From the IMG/VR virus record IMGVR_UViG_3300027668_000010, positions 36,505 to 100,504 of that record: a stretch of DNA of 64,000 nt; one strand, given 5' to 3'. The notes beneath the pieces were generated by a model. That model was not told where the DNA came from. It searched no databases and saw only the letters and a list, made by a program, of their open reading frames with translations. Made by a program: the position numbers and the translations under genes. How positions within the stretch are numbered: the first letter of the stretch is position 1; every line of letters begins with the position of its first letter. Origin of the DNA: a virus. Below, piece after piece: positions 38,120 through 47,424 of the stretch.

Positions 38120-38933
38120 AGTAATAGCAGAGATAGGTTGGAATCATTGTGGTGATATGAACCTTGCAAAAGAAATGATTTTAGCCGCTAAAGAAAGTGG
38201 TGCAACATACGCAAAATTCCAAAGTTGGTCAGTAAGCAAATTAAAAGCTGGTGATTGGGATTCTGATGGTAGACGTGAAATATATAAAAAAGCAGAGCTA
38301 ACAAAAGAACGTCATTTGGAACTGATAGATTACTGTAAAAAAGTGGATATCACATTTCTATCAAGTGTATTCAGTATTAGAGATGCTGAGTTATTAGTAG
38401 AGTTAGGTGTTAGGGAAGTTAAAATCCCAAGCTTTGAATCTAGGAATCATAAACTTATAAGATTCTGCGATGATAATTTTGATGTGGTTTTCATGTCAAC
38501 TGGGACTTCTAATTTAGACGAAATCGCCGAAAGTGTTAAGAATATTAAAAAATCAAACTTATATTTACTACACTGCGTTTCAACTTATCCATGTGACCCA
38601 TCAATGGCTAACATACTTCGTATGAATAGCTTGAAACTATTAGGATGTTCAAAAGGTGAAAGTCGACCTAAAATTGGATATTCAGACCATATTCAAGGTG
38701 TTGAATCCGCAAAAGTTGCAATTGGGGAAGGTGCAGAAGTTATAGAGAAGCACTTTACAACTGATAATGATTTACCAGGTAGAGATAATAAGTTTGCAAT
38801 ACTACCACATGAAATGAAAGATTTAACCGATTACATTACTATGCGAGATGAAATGTTTATATCACATGGTACGGGATATCAAAGTAGTGAATCAGATTCA
38901 AGAACTAATTACGCTGGTAGGTTTGATGTATAA
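38112..38933 (+). CDS. neuB: N-acetylneuraminate/nonulosonate synthase (no SAF domain)
   Basis: IAEIGWNH.G, KFQ, KIPS, STG, LHCVSTYP, GYSDH, IEKHFT. Confidence 0.9.
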   Translation: MIKVIAEIGWNHCGDMNLAKEMILAAKESGATYAKFQSWSVSKLKAGDWDSDGRREIYKKAELTKERHLELIDYCKKVDITFLSSVFSIRDAELLVELGVREVKIPSFESRNHKLIRFCDDNFDVVFMSTGTSNLDEIAESVKNIKKSNLYLLHCVSTYPCDPSMANILRMNSLKLLGCSKGESRPKIGYSDHIQGVESAKVAIGEGAEVIEKHFTTDNDLPGRDNKFAILPHEMKDLTDYITMRDEMFISHGTGYQSSESDSRTNYAGRFDV

Positions 38934-38953
38934 TTTTAAAAAAGAAAATTAAT

Positions 38954-39589
38954 ATGGTTAGTATTATACTTAGAAATAAAAATGAATCCGAATATATAGG
39001 ATTTACATTACAATCGATATGTGATTACCTGCCTGATGCGGAGGTAATCGTTATGGATAATAACTCAACTGATGATTCATTAAGTGTGGTTTCTCTATTT
39101 AATGATAGGTTAAGTATATCAGTAATTAATATAAATAATTACACTCCAGGAAAATCAATTAATGATGCAGTTAAGATATGTTCCAATGAAACTATATTAG
39201 TACTATCAGCACATTCTCAAATTACAGATATGGATTTGCCATATGTAGTTAAAGAACTAAAAACACATGCTGCTGTATTTGGAAATCAAACACCAATTTA
39301 TCGTGGTAAGAAGATTTCTAAACGATATATATGGTCGCATTTTACAACTTCCTCTAAAGTAAATATGTGGTCGGAGATTGAAGATAGACCTTTTTTACAT
39401 AACGCATTTTGTTTTTATAACAAAGCGGATTTGGTTAATAAACCATTCGATGAGAATTATTCAACTAAAGAAGATAGATATTGGGCAGCTGATATTTTAT
39501 CAATTAAAAAATCATATTTATATACACCGGTGATAGGAGTGAACCATTATTATACTAACAATGGTGCAACTTGGAAAGGTATCGGTTAA
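38954..39589 (+). CDS. glycosyltransferase family 2
   Basis: VSIILRNKNE, DNNSTD, ED.YW. Confidence 0.8.
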   Translation: MVSIILRNKNESEYIGFTLQSICDYLPDAEVIVMDNNSTDDSLSVVSLFNDRLSISVININNYTPGKSINDAVKICSNETILVLSAHSQITDMDLPYVVKELKTHAAVFGNQTPIYRGKKISKRYIWSHFTTSSKVNMWSEIEDRPFLHNAFCFYNKADLVNKPFDENYSTKEDRYWAADILSIKKSYLYTPVIGVNHYYTNNGATWKGIG

Positions 39590-39599
39590 AATTATTATA

Positions 39600-40448
39600 A
39601 TGAAAATATTAGTTACAGGCGGTGCAGGTTTTGTTGGCACCAATCTTATTAAACGGTTATTAAAAGATGGACATGAAGTCATTTCTATTGATAATTACTC
39701 AACAGGTAAACCCGAAAACGAACAAAGTGGTTGTACCTATTTTAATGATGATATAGATAATATAACTAACTACGATAACTACCTATTGAGTAGTGTAGAT
39801 GTTGTATATCACTTAGCATCAATCGCAAGAATACAACCATCATTTGAACGTCCTGAAGATTACATCCAAACCAATTTTGGAGGGACATATGAAGTAGTTA
39901 AGTTCTGTGTTAAGTATAATATTCCATTAGTCTATGCTGGTTCATCATCTAAACACAATGGTAGATTCAAAAACCCATATACATTCTCAAAGGATTTGGG
40001 TGAGGATATTATAACATTATATTCAGAACACTTTGGATTAAAAGCATCAATAGCTAGATTTTATAATGTGTACGGACCACATCAATTAACTGAGGGTGGT
40101 TACACTACATTAATTGGCAGATGGCTTAATAATATAGAAAACGGAAATGATTGTGTTATCTATGGTGATGGAGAAAAGAGACGTGATTTCACTCACATTG
40201 ATGATATCGTAGAAGCTCTTATTAGAATACCACAAAAAGATGCTTGGGGGTGTTCATTTGAATTAGGTAGAGGTGTTAATCATTCAGTTAATGAAGTAGC
40301 TGATATGTTTGGTATAACACCTACATACGAAGATGATAAGCCTGGTGAAGCACAAACTACATTAAATGATGATATAGTAGCATCTGAGATTTTAGATTGG
40401 AAAGCTAGTATCGATTTAAAAGATTACATAAAAACAATAATAAAATGA
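39600..40448 (+). CDS. NAD-dependent sugar epimerase/dehydratase (SDR)
   Basis: GGAGFVG, YTFSK, RFYNVYG, RDFTH. Confidence 0.9.
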   Translation: MKILVTGGAGFVGTNLIKRLLKDGHEVISIDNYSTGKPENEQSGCTYFNDDIDNITNYDNYLLSSVDVVYHLASIARIQPSFERPEDYIQTNFGGTYEVVKFCVKYNIPLVYAGSSSKHNGRFKNPYTFSKDLGEDIITLYSEHFGLKASIARFYNVYGPHQLTEGGYTTLIGRWLNNIENGNDCVIYGDGEKRRDFTHIDDIVEALIRIPQKDAWGCSFELGRGVNHSVNEVADMFGITPTYEDDKPGEAQTTLNDDIVASEILDWKASIDLKDYIKTIIK

Positions 40449-41212
40449 AGAAAAATATAGTATTTATCCCAGCTATTGATGCCGGTAGAGGTAGGCATAA
40501 CGCATACCAATACAGTATTTCTTCTTGGAGGAAATGGGCTGAAAAACACAATGCGGAGGTATTGGTATGGGATACCCCATTATATACATGGGAGGATATG
40601 ACCATTCCTTGGCAGAGATATTATTTATTTAAGATATTGGAACATAACAATATAGATTATGACCAGATTCTAATGGTAGATTCAGATACAGTTGTACATC
40701 CAGATACCCCAAACTTCTTTGAATTTACAGAAAGAAAGTATGTTGGTGTATTAGATTTAGGTTGTTGGGAATGGACTGGTAGGTCTATCAGACACTATAA
40801 GGATTTATTTAATGGATTTAAGATTGATAGAGGTATATACTTTAATGGTGGGTTTCAGATTGTTAACGAAACGCATAAACCATTCTTTGATAAAGTAATA
40901 GAATTTTATAATGAACACAAAGATGTATTAGTAGAAAAGCAAAAGGCTGGACTTGGTACTGACCAAACTGTTATAAACTATTTAGTTCAGACGAGTGGTA
41001 TTGATTTAAAAATGTTTTCTCCATCATATAACTTACACCACTTAGTTAGTAAAAACTTACTGAACTTCGGTCATTCTTGGTGGGGAGATACACTTGAAAA
41101 TCTATATGAGCAAGCTTGGGTGTATCACTTTAACGCAATGCCGGCAAATAAGTTAAACAGAGATTCCGATTATTTTATAAAAAGAGCATATACTGAGTTA
41201 TGGGAAAAATAG
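40445..41212 (+). CDS. GT-A fold glycosyltransferase (GT8-like)
   Basis: MVDSD, YFNGG, DQTVINY, YHF. Confidence 0.75.
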   Translation: MKKNIVFIPAIDAGRGRHNAYQYSISSWRKWAEKHNAEVLVWDTPLYTWEDMTIPWQRYYLFKILEHNNIDYDQILMVDSDTVVHPDTPNFFEFTERKYVGVLDLGCWEWTGRSIRHYKDLFNGFKIDRGIYFNGGFQIVNETHKPFFDKVIEFYNEHKDVLVEKQKAGLGTDQTVINYLVQTSGIDLKMFSPSYNLHHLVSKNLLNFGHSWWGDTLENLYEQAWVYHFNAMPANKLNRDSDYFIKRAYTELWEK

Positions 41213-42147
41213 CATTCATTTCAGAACTACCATTTAATGGTAAAGTAGACCGAAACCACCCACATATGAGAACCGAGTTTGCACAGTTCTGTGCATTACA
41301 AGCGGACCATTATTGTTTCTATGATATAGATGATATTAAAAGTGGATACGACCACATAATATTACTTGTAAGTAAGACGGATTCACTAAGGGATTACCTT
41401 TATAAAAAGGGTGATATAGTTGCAGGGCTACGAGTACATGGTAATAAAATTTGGTTTATGCAAGAGTCAAGCGCTCAGATATATCAAACAAAACCACTAC
41501 ATCTACAAATCTGGCATTATAACTTATTACAAGAAGTTGATGGTGTTCTAACTGAGAATACTACTGATTTTAACTATTTTAGGGGTATCATTGGGGATAA
41601 AAAAGAAATAAATACCATTCCGACTTTGATTATTCAGGATAATATTGTACATTTAAGGGATAACGTAAAAGAAGAAAAGACAATGGTGGGTGGTAACTTC
41701 AATTCATGGTATGGGGGATTTGATTCTTATTTAGTTGCATCTGAATTTGAAACACCTATATCAGTACCTAAAATGCGTAAGGTTGATAATGAACATCAGT
41801 TGGTGGAGGTATTACCCCACGTAACATTTAACGAATGGATGGGTATATTATCAAAATATAAATATGCAGTACATATGATGTCAAATGTTACGGCTGGTAC
41901 GTTTTCACTAAATTGTTCATTTTTTGGAATACCTTGCATTGGGTATGTAGAATCCGATACACAAAGATTAACACAACCGAAGTTATCAGTTGATAGATTT
42001 GATTTAGGTAAAGCTGTTAAATTAGCCAAACTATTAAAAAACGATAATGATTTTTACAATGAGTGTTCTAAAGAAGCACTTGATAACTACAACAAACACT
42101 TCTCAGAAGAAGTATTTTTAACCCATATGAAAAAAGTTTTAAAATGA
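41200..42147 (+). CDS. putative GT-B glycosyltransferase
   Basis: AGTF..NC...GIPCIG; island context. Confidence 0.55.
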   Translation: MGKIAFISELPFNGKVDRNHPHMRTEFAQFCALQADHYCFYDIDDIKSGYDHIILLVSKTDSLRDYLYKKGDIVAGLRVHGNKIWFMQESSAQIYQTKPLHLQIWHYNLLQEVDGVLTENTTDFNYFRGIIGDKKEINTIPTLIIQDNIVHLRDNVKEEKTMVGGNFNSWYGGFDSYLVASEFETPISVPKMRKVDNEHQLVEVLPHVTFNEWMGILSKYKYAVHMMSNVTAGTFSLNCSFFGIPCIGYVESDTQRLTQPKLSVDRFDLGKAVKLAKLLKNDNDFYNECSKEALDNYNKHFSEEVFLTHMKKVLK

Positions 42148-43355
42148 TAACAAAAAAAGATATTTCGTTTATACAACCCTCAAGGAACAATTTACGCTAC
42201 TTGAAGTGGTCATACGATTCAATCAGAAAGAATGGTGGACCAGAACCAACTATATGTGTTGCTGATGATTTCAGTAACGATGGAACTTGGGAATGGTGTG
42301 AGGATATGATGAAGAAAGACCCAAACTTCAAAGCAATAAGAAATGAAGGGCCGAAACGATTAGGACATACGATTCTATATGATGAGTTAGTTGAGATAGC
42401 AGATACTCCAATTGTAGGAATCTACCATGCAGATATGTATCTTTGTCCTGGTGCATTGGAATCTGTATTAGAACATATCAAACCAATGCACGTTGTATCA
42501 CTTACTAGAATAGAACCACCACTACATCCAGATGGGCCTGAGAAGATTCTATTGGATTTTGGTATAGAGCCTGAAGAGTTTGAAAAGTTAGAAGATGAAC
42601 TCCTACATCAGATTCCATCATTAAAGCAGGGTAAAACTACGGAAGGTATATTTGCACCTTGGTTCTTATTTAAAGAAGATTTCACATCAATTGGTGGGCA
42701 TGACCCATTATTTGCACCACAATCAAAAGAAGATACTGATATTTTCAATAGATTTCATTTGAATGGATATAAGTTCGTTCAGACTTGGGATGGGTTTGTA
42801 TATCATATGACTTGTAGAGGTAGTAGATTTGCAGATGGTGCTAAGAGAAACCCAAATGGTGAAGTGTTTATGAAGAATAGAGAAACGGATGAGTGGTTAA
42901 CTCAGAACAACCGTTCAAAACGTAACTTCATCAGAAAGTGGGGGCATTTTTGTAAGCATGATTCTTTAATGAAACCAATCGTACCACCAAAGTATGATAT
43001 TGGATTTAGAGTTTCTAATGTAAATGAGAAAATTCTAAATATGTTAGAACCTTGGTGCAACAATATTAGTGTTGAAACTGGGATGAATAATGAATTAATT
43101 AACGAATATATTAAATCAGAACAACCGGATACGGAATTTAATATAGCAGATAAAATAAACAATACAGTTGGAAATGATATTATTGTAAAGTTTGATGCAA
43201 ATAAATTAACCCAATATTCGTTTCAGCTGATAACAGAGTTCTCATCAATACTTGAGTCATCAGAAATTGAGATAGGTGAGTTCGAATTGGATATCTTCAA
43301 ATTCACCATCAATAGATTGAAAACTTACGAAAGTGAATTGATAGTATGCTGGTAA
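42144..43355 (+). CDS. glycosyltransferase family 2
   Basis: DDFSNDGT, HADM, IGGHD, EDTD, VYH, F.RKWG. Confidence 0.85.
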   Translation: MITKKDISFIQPSRNNLRYLKWSYDSIRKNGGPEPTICVADDFSNDGTWEWCEDMMKKDPNFKAIRNEGPKRLGHTILYDELVEIADTPIVGIYHADMYLCPGALESVLEHIKPMHVVSLTRIEPPLHPDGPEKILLDFGIEPEEFEKLEDELLHQIPSLKQGKTTEGIFAPWFLFKEDFTSIGGHDPLFAPQSKEDTDIFNRFHLNGYKFVQTWDGFVYHMTCRGSRFADGAKRNPNGEVFMKNRETDEWLTQNNRSKRNFIRKWGHFCKHDSLMKPIVPPKYDIGFRVSNVNEKILNMLEPWCNNISVETGMNNELINEYIKSEQPDTEFNIADKINNTVGNDIIVKFDANKLTQYSFQLITEFSSILESSEIEIGEFELDIFKFTINRLKTYESELIVCW

Positions 43356-43392
43356 ACAACCAAAAAATTAAATTGATATAGTTATTTGTATT

Positions 43393-43635
43393 ATGATGTA
43401 TTATATTCTACTTCCCGATGACGCCGAAGATGGTGTTCAGTACTCAACAAATGTGTTGGGTGAATCCTCATTCAAAAACTTTTGGGCAGACCAGGGGTTC
43501 GAAATATTAGTTCGTTTAATCGAAATGTATCCAGATACATTAGACACAGTAAAAATCAAAGATGACCAATCTAAAGAATACTCAATTGAGGATTTTTTGA
43601 ATATAACATCTAAACTTAATCTTATCAGAAATTAA
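43393..43635 (+). CDS. hypothetical protein
   Basis: 80 aa ORF. Confidence 0.6.
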   Translation: MMYYILLPDDAEDGVQYSTNVLGESSFKNFWADQGFEILVRLIEMYPDTLDTVKIKDDQSKEYSIEDFLNITSKLNLIRN

Positions 43636-43637
43636 TT

Positions 43638-43874
43638 ATGGGAAAAATACCACTAAACAGAATCAATTTTGATGATTTTGATGATTATGATGATACAGAA
43701 TACTTAGAATCCAAACGAACCGCAAAACGCAAAGTTAAAAATGAAAAACATACAGAAAACTACGATGAAAGTGACTTTCACGAACCACAAAGGCTGCCTT
43801 CCGGTTGGAGAGAGGGTGATAGTTTTATCGGTCTCAGACGAAAAGGAAGAAGTGACACTAGCCGACCCCTTTGA
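43638..43874 (+). CDS. hypothetical acidic/basic protein
   Basis: 78 aa ORF; 3' part overlaps another frame. Confidence 0.5.
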   Translation: MGKIPLNRINFDDFDDYDDTEYLESKRTAKRKVKNEKHTENYDESDFHEPQRLPSGWREGDSFIGLRRKGRSDTSRPL

Positions 43875-43917
43875 CCAACAATGGGTTGTTCCAAAATTAT
43901 ACGTTAATTTAAATTAA
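43741..43917 (+). CDS. small beta-rich hypothetical protein (58 aa) overlapping the upstream ORF
   Basis: ATG43741-TAA43917; GCLPVGERVIVLSV...DPFDQQWVVP. Confidence 0.45.
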   Translation: MKNIQKTTMKVTFTNHKGCLPVGERVIVLSVSDEKEEVTLADPFDQQWVVPKLYVNLN

Positions 43918-43954
43918 TACATATTTATATCCAAACAACAATAAAGGATATATA

Positions 43955-44560
43955 ATGAGTTTTACAAGAGAACAATTACAAAAAGCAGTTAAATCAAACG
44001 AATACCGATGGTTTGAAGGTGGTGATTACAACTTAAACATAGTAGGTATCAGAAATTCAGATACCGAAGGTAAGGTAACCAACAAATTTGATGATTGGGT
44101 TACACTCTCATATAGTGTTAATGGTGAAATGATGTTTCATTGTTTTGATGCAACAACAGACCCTGGTTCACATTGGGAAAAGAACTTGCTAAACAAAGAT
44201 GGTGTAGCAATATTAGTACCTGGACAATATAGAGGTTCTCATACAATTGGATTACATCAAGGTAAGTATGAAGCACTTAGACAGAAAAGTTCACTTAAAG
44301 TTTACAGAGACAAAGATAAAGATGGTGTATATGATTTCTTAGAAGAGAATATCAAAGAAGGTATATATGGAATCAATATCCATAGAGCAACTTCAAGAGT
44401 GGGTGGTAAATCAACTCAAATAGATAAATGGTCAGCAGGTTGTCAAGTAATTGCCGCAAACGCAGATTTCAAATTATTTATGGAAGTTGTAAATAAATCA
44501 GCAAAACTTTACGGAAATTCATTCACTTATACATTAATTGAAAGTAAAGATATAATATAA
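43955..44560 (+). CDS. putative endolysin, L,D-transpeptidase (YkuD)-like fold
   Basis: TTDPG, GINIHRA...WSAGCQV His/Cys motif; followed by membrane proteins. Confidence 0.7.
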   Translation: MSFTREQLQKAVKSNEYRWFEGGDYNLNIVGIRNSDTEGKVTNKFDDWVTLSYSVNGEMMFHCFDATTDPGSHWEKNLLNKDGVAILVPGQYRGSHTIGLHQGKYEALRQKSSLKVYRDKDKDGVYDFLEENIKEGIYGINIHRATSRVGGKSTQIDKWSAGCQVIAANADFKLFMEVVNKSAKLYGNSFTYTLIESKDII

Positions 44561-44703
44561 CAGATAATATGGTATGGTATTAAAAATTCCAACTATTTAT
44601 TGTTAGAAATAAGTTTTACAAATACGATTAATAATTATAAAAATAAAGATATACTATGCGATAGTAATCTGTGTTTACACAAAGGGGTACTGAGGTGACT
44701 GAT

Positions 44704-44958
44704 ATGAATGAATTAATGATAGAAATTTTAAGTGGATTGGGTGTATTAGCATCTGGATTTTTTTATACAAAATTCCAAACAACACAAAACCATAAAGAAA
44801 TTGACCAACTAAAACGTCAAATGCAAGATAATGAAAAAACTGATGCAGCTAGGGATACGGAAATTGCAGTTCTAAAAAGCACAAATGGTGGAATTATGAC
44901 TCGTTTAGATAAAATGGATATTTTACTTGAAAAGATATTCGATAAATTGAATAAATAA
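44704..44958 (+). CDS. TM plus coiled-coil protein (holin-like)
   Basis: N-terminal hydrophobic helix, heptad C-terminus. Confidence 0.55.
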   Translation: MNELMIEILSGLGVLASGFFYTKFQTTQNHKEIDQLKRQMQDNEKTDAARDTEIAVLKSTNGGIMTRLDKMDILLEKIFDKLNK

Positions 44959-44987
44959 TAAAATATAGTTACAGAAGAAGTTAAAAT

Positions 44988-45236
44988 ATGATAAAAACAA
45001 TTTGGAGAAACTTAATGTCATTTAAAAATATATTCAAAGATGATAACGATGTGAATGAAAAGAATGTAATTGGGTTTATGTCGTTTGCTATAATGACTGT
45101 ATTCGCAGTTGTAGACTTAACAACAGGCTACTTCGGTAAAGACTTAGTAATCAATGAGTTTATATATAACTCATTTGTAATTGTTACATTAGGATGTTTT
45201 GGTATTGCCGGAATAGAAAAGTTCGCTAAAAAGTAA
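44988..45236 (+). CDS. two-TM membrane protein (holin-like)
   Basis: two hydrophobic helices, basic tail EKFAKK. Confidence 0.6.
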   Translation: MIKTIWRNLMSFKNIFKDDNDVNEKNVIGFMSFAIMTVFAVVDLTTGYFGKDLVINEFIYNSFVIVTLGCFGIAGIEKFAKK

Positions 45237-45240
45237 TAAT

Positions 45241-45846
45241 ATGGAGTTAGTGGCAGCATTCCTTACTGGCGTAGTAGGGCCAGCATTATATTTAATCATC
45301 AACAAAGTTATAATCAAACGTGCTTCGGTGAAGTGTAAGGTACGAGAGGCTATTGTTGATACTACAATTATTAACAATGAGTTGGAGAAGATTAGAGAAG
45401 AGTTTGAAGGGGATAGAGTTTGGATTTCTCAATTCCACAATGGTGGTAACTTTTACCCAACAGGTAAATCAATACAGAAATTCTCAGTATTCTACGAAGT
45501 AATGACAAACGGTGTATCATCAGTTGCACATACATTTAGTAACATACCATGTTCTCTGTATCCAAAAACATTCGAAGTTCTTATGGATGGTAAGGGTATA
45601 TTTATAAATGATTACAAAGACCCAACAATTGCAACATATGGGTTAAAACAAGCTGCTGAAGCAGTTGGTACTAAATCAACATTTATGATACCTTTATTTA
45701 CATTAGATGGATGTAAATTTATGGGAACGATTGGGTTGGATTATGTTGGTAAAAACCGAAAACTAACCAAAGATGAGTGGGAACACCTTCAGATTAAAGC
45801 AGGTAGAATTGCAGGATACTTATCATCATATTTGGGTAAATCATAA
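45241..45846 (+). CDS. N-terminal TM plus GAF-like domain protein (T4 holin T-like architecture)
   Basis: DRVWISQFHNGG, FSVFYE, KSTFMIPL, GTIGLDY. Confidence 0.6.
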   Translation: MELVAAFLTGVVGPALYLIINKVIIKRASVKCKVREAIVDTTIINNELEKIREEFEGDRVWISQFHNGGNFYPTGKSIQKFSVFYEVMTNGVSSVAHTFSNIPCSLYPKTFEVLMDGKGIFINDYKDPTIATYGLKQAAEAVGTKSTFMIPLFTLDGCKFMGTIGLDYVGKNRKLTKDEWEHLQIKAGRIAGYLSSYLGKS

Positions 45847-45910
45847 AATATATTAATAGTTACAAAACAAGTTAGGAGCGAAATAAAGTAAATAAAACAA
45901 GGAATATGTC

Positions 45911-46180
45911 ATGGATGACAGCGTAATATTAATAGTATCCACTTTAGCGGGTGCATTAGGAATCAAAGAAATTTGGAGTATCGTTAAAAAACGAATGGAC
46001 CAGACACATTCTATAACTGAAAATTCACAATCATACAAAGAAAAACGTATAGAAGAGCTAGAAAATGATTTAAAAGAATCACAATCCACTATATTAGCAC
46101 TTACCATCAGAGTATCTAAGTTGGAAGAACGTATCTTACATACTGCTAAGAATCGTGTAAAATCAAACAGTACTGAGTAA
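45911..46180 (+). CDS. TM plus coiled-coil protein
   Basis: hydrophobic N-terminus, heptads. Confidence 0.6.
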   Translation: MDDSVILIVSTLAGALGIKEIWSIVKKRMDQTHSITENSQSYKEKRIEELENDLKESQSTILALTIRVSKLEERILHTAKNRVKSNSTE

Positions 46181-46218
46181 GTACCATTGATAAAAAATAA
46201 TTCAATACTTATTAGTAT

Positions 46219-46386
46219 ATGAATAGATTAAGAGAATATAGTTGGAAAGATTGGATTAACGTTCCAAAGAACAAAGAATTGTACAATTCTAATATGAATG
46301 AAGGATTACGTCAATTTCAATTAGAGAAAAATCGTAGAGATAAATTAACTCAGGTAGCTGTATTTAATCAAAAAGGATTCCAATGA
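46219..46386 (+). CDS. small hypothetical protein (55 aa, absent from ORF track)
   Basis: ATG46219-TGA46386, ATGA overlap with next gene, ATACTTAT upstream. Confidence 0.6.
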   Translation: MNRLREYSWKDWINVPKNKELYNSNMNEGLRQFQLEKNRRDKLTQVAVFNQKGFQ

Positions 46387-47174
46387 AAAAGTCAAAATTA
46401 ACAGAGTTATTAGAAGCTCTTTACATCAAGTATGGTAATAAGAATATTACAGAATCATATAAATCTCAGATAGCTCAAATTGTTAAAGAAGAGATAACAA
46501 AAGTTAGTACAATACTTAAACTCAAAGAAGATGAACAATTAGACCAAGCATTCAACGATGCAAAGCCTGTTACTGAAGAAAAAGTTTACATTGACTATCT
46601 AAATAAGAAAAAGGGATTTAAACAAGATAGGATTAAATTTAAGTCTTATGAAGATGCAGTAAAATGGGCCAATAAGAATTTTGAAAAGTTTAATCCTGAT
46701 ATGATTAAATACGAATCAGTAACAGAGGAAGCTAAAAGAGATTATAAAGATGAGTATAAGAAGTTCCAATCTTCAGACAAATCAAAGAAATACAGAGCAG
46801 AACTAAATAAGTACAATAGAGATAAAGGTACTTATGGTAATGGTGATGGTAAAGATGCATCTCACAAAGGTGGTAAGATAGTAGGTTTCGAATCTGAATC
46901 TAAGAATAGAGGAAGAGCTGAGAAAAGTAGATTGAAGAAAGAAGAAAAACTTACAGAAAATAAAGCTCGTTTTGTAAGAAATCATATGGAATTTTATCAA
47001 ATGGAAATTGATAGTCTTAAAGGCCAAATAGCATATTCTCAAGACGCATTGAGACAAAAAGATATAAAAGATTGGGAAAAGAAAGAATTTACATTAGTTT
47101 TAAAAGATACTAAACAAAGATTAAAAGATAATCTTAAAGCTTTACAACGAATAAAAAAAGTAAATAATGTCTGA
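46383..47174 (+). CDS. modular protein with [LIV]xE linkers, including an HNH-like mini-module
   Basis: NITE/PVTE/ESVTE/KLTE linkers; GDGKDASH...KNR module. Confidence 0.6.
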   Translation: MKKSKLTELLEALYIKYGNKNITESYKSQIAQIVKEEITKVSTILKLKEDEQLDQAFNDAKPVTEEKVYIDYLNKKKGFKQDRIKFKSYEDAVKWANKNFEKFNPDMIKYESVTEEAKRDYKDEYKKFQSSDKSKKYRAELNKYNRDKGTYGNGDGKDASHKGGKIVGFESESKNRGRAEKSRLKKEEKLTENKARFVRNHMEFYQMEIDSLKGQIAYSQDALRQKDIKDWEKKEFTLVLKDTKQRLKDNLKALQRIKKVNNV

Positions 47175-47424
47175 ACCAACTCAATCATTTTTATCTAAAA
47201 ATTGGCATATTCTATTATGGGCAGTCTCAGCAGTCTTTATTGCAGGTGGGTTATTTGCAGAATTTCAATATTTACAATCTGAAATAGAAACTCTTAATCA
47301 ACGTTTGAATAAAAAGATTGATGTAATAACTCATTTAGATAATAGAGTTGAAAAAATAGAGCATTGGGTAGAATACGAAACTGGTTATAAAGCAGGTATC
47401 GGTAGTAAAAGAAAAGGTAAATAA
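47167..47424 (+). CDS. TM plus coiled-coil protein
   Basis: WHILLWAVSAVFIAGGL then heptads. Confidence 0.6.
   Translation: MSEPTQSFLSKNWHILLWAVSAVFIAGGLFAEFQYLQSEIETLNQRLNKKIDVITHLDNRVEKIEHWVEYETGYKAGIGSKRKGK

Noticed and set aside
24827-43355. Bacterial LPS or capsule locus (host contamination)
   Set aside because: No wzx, wzy or kps genes; the same promoter motifs and GATC avoidance as the flanking phage genes; seamless gene coupling.
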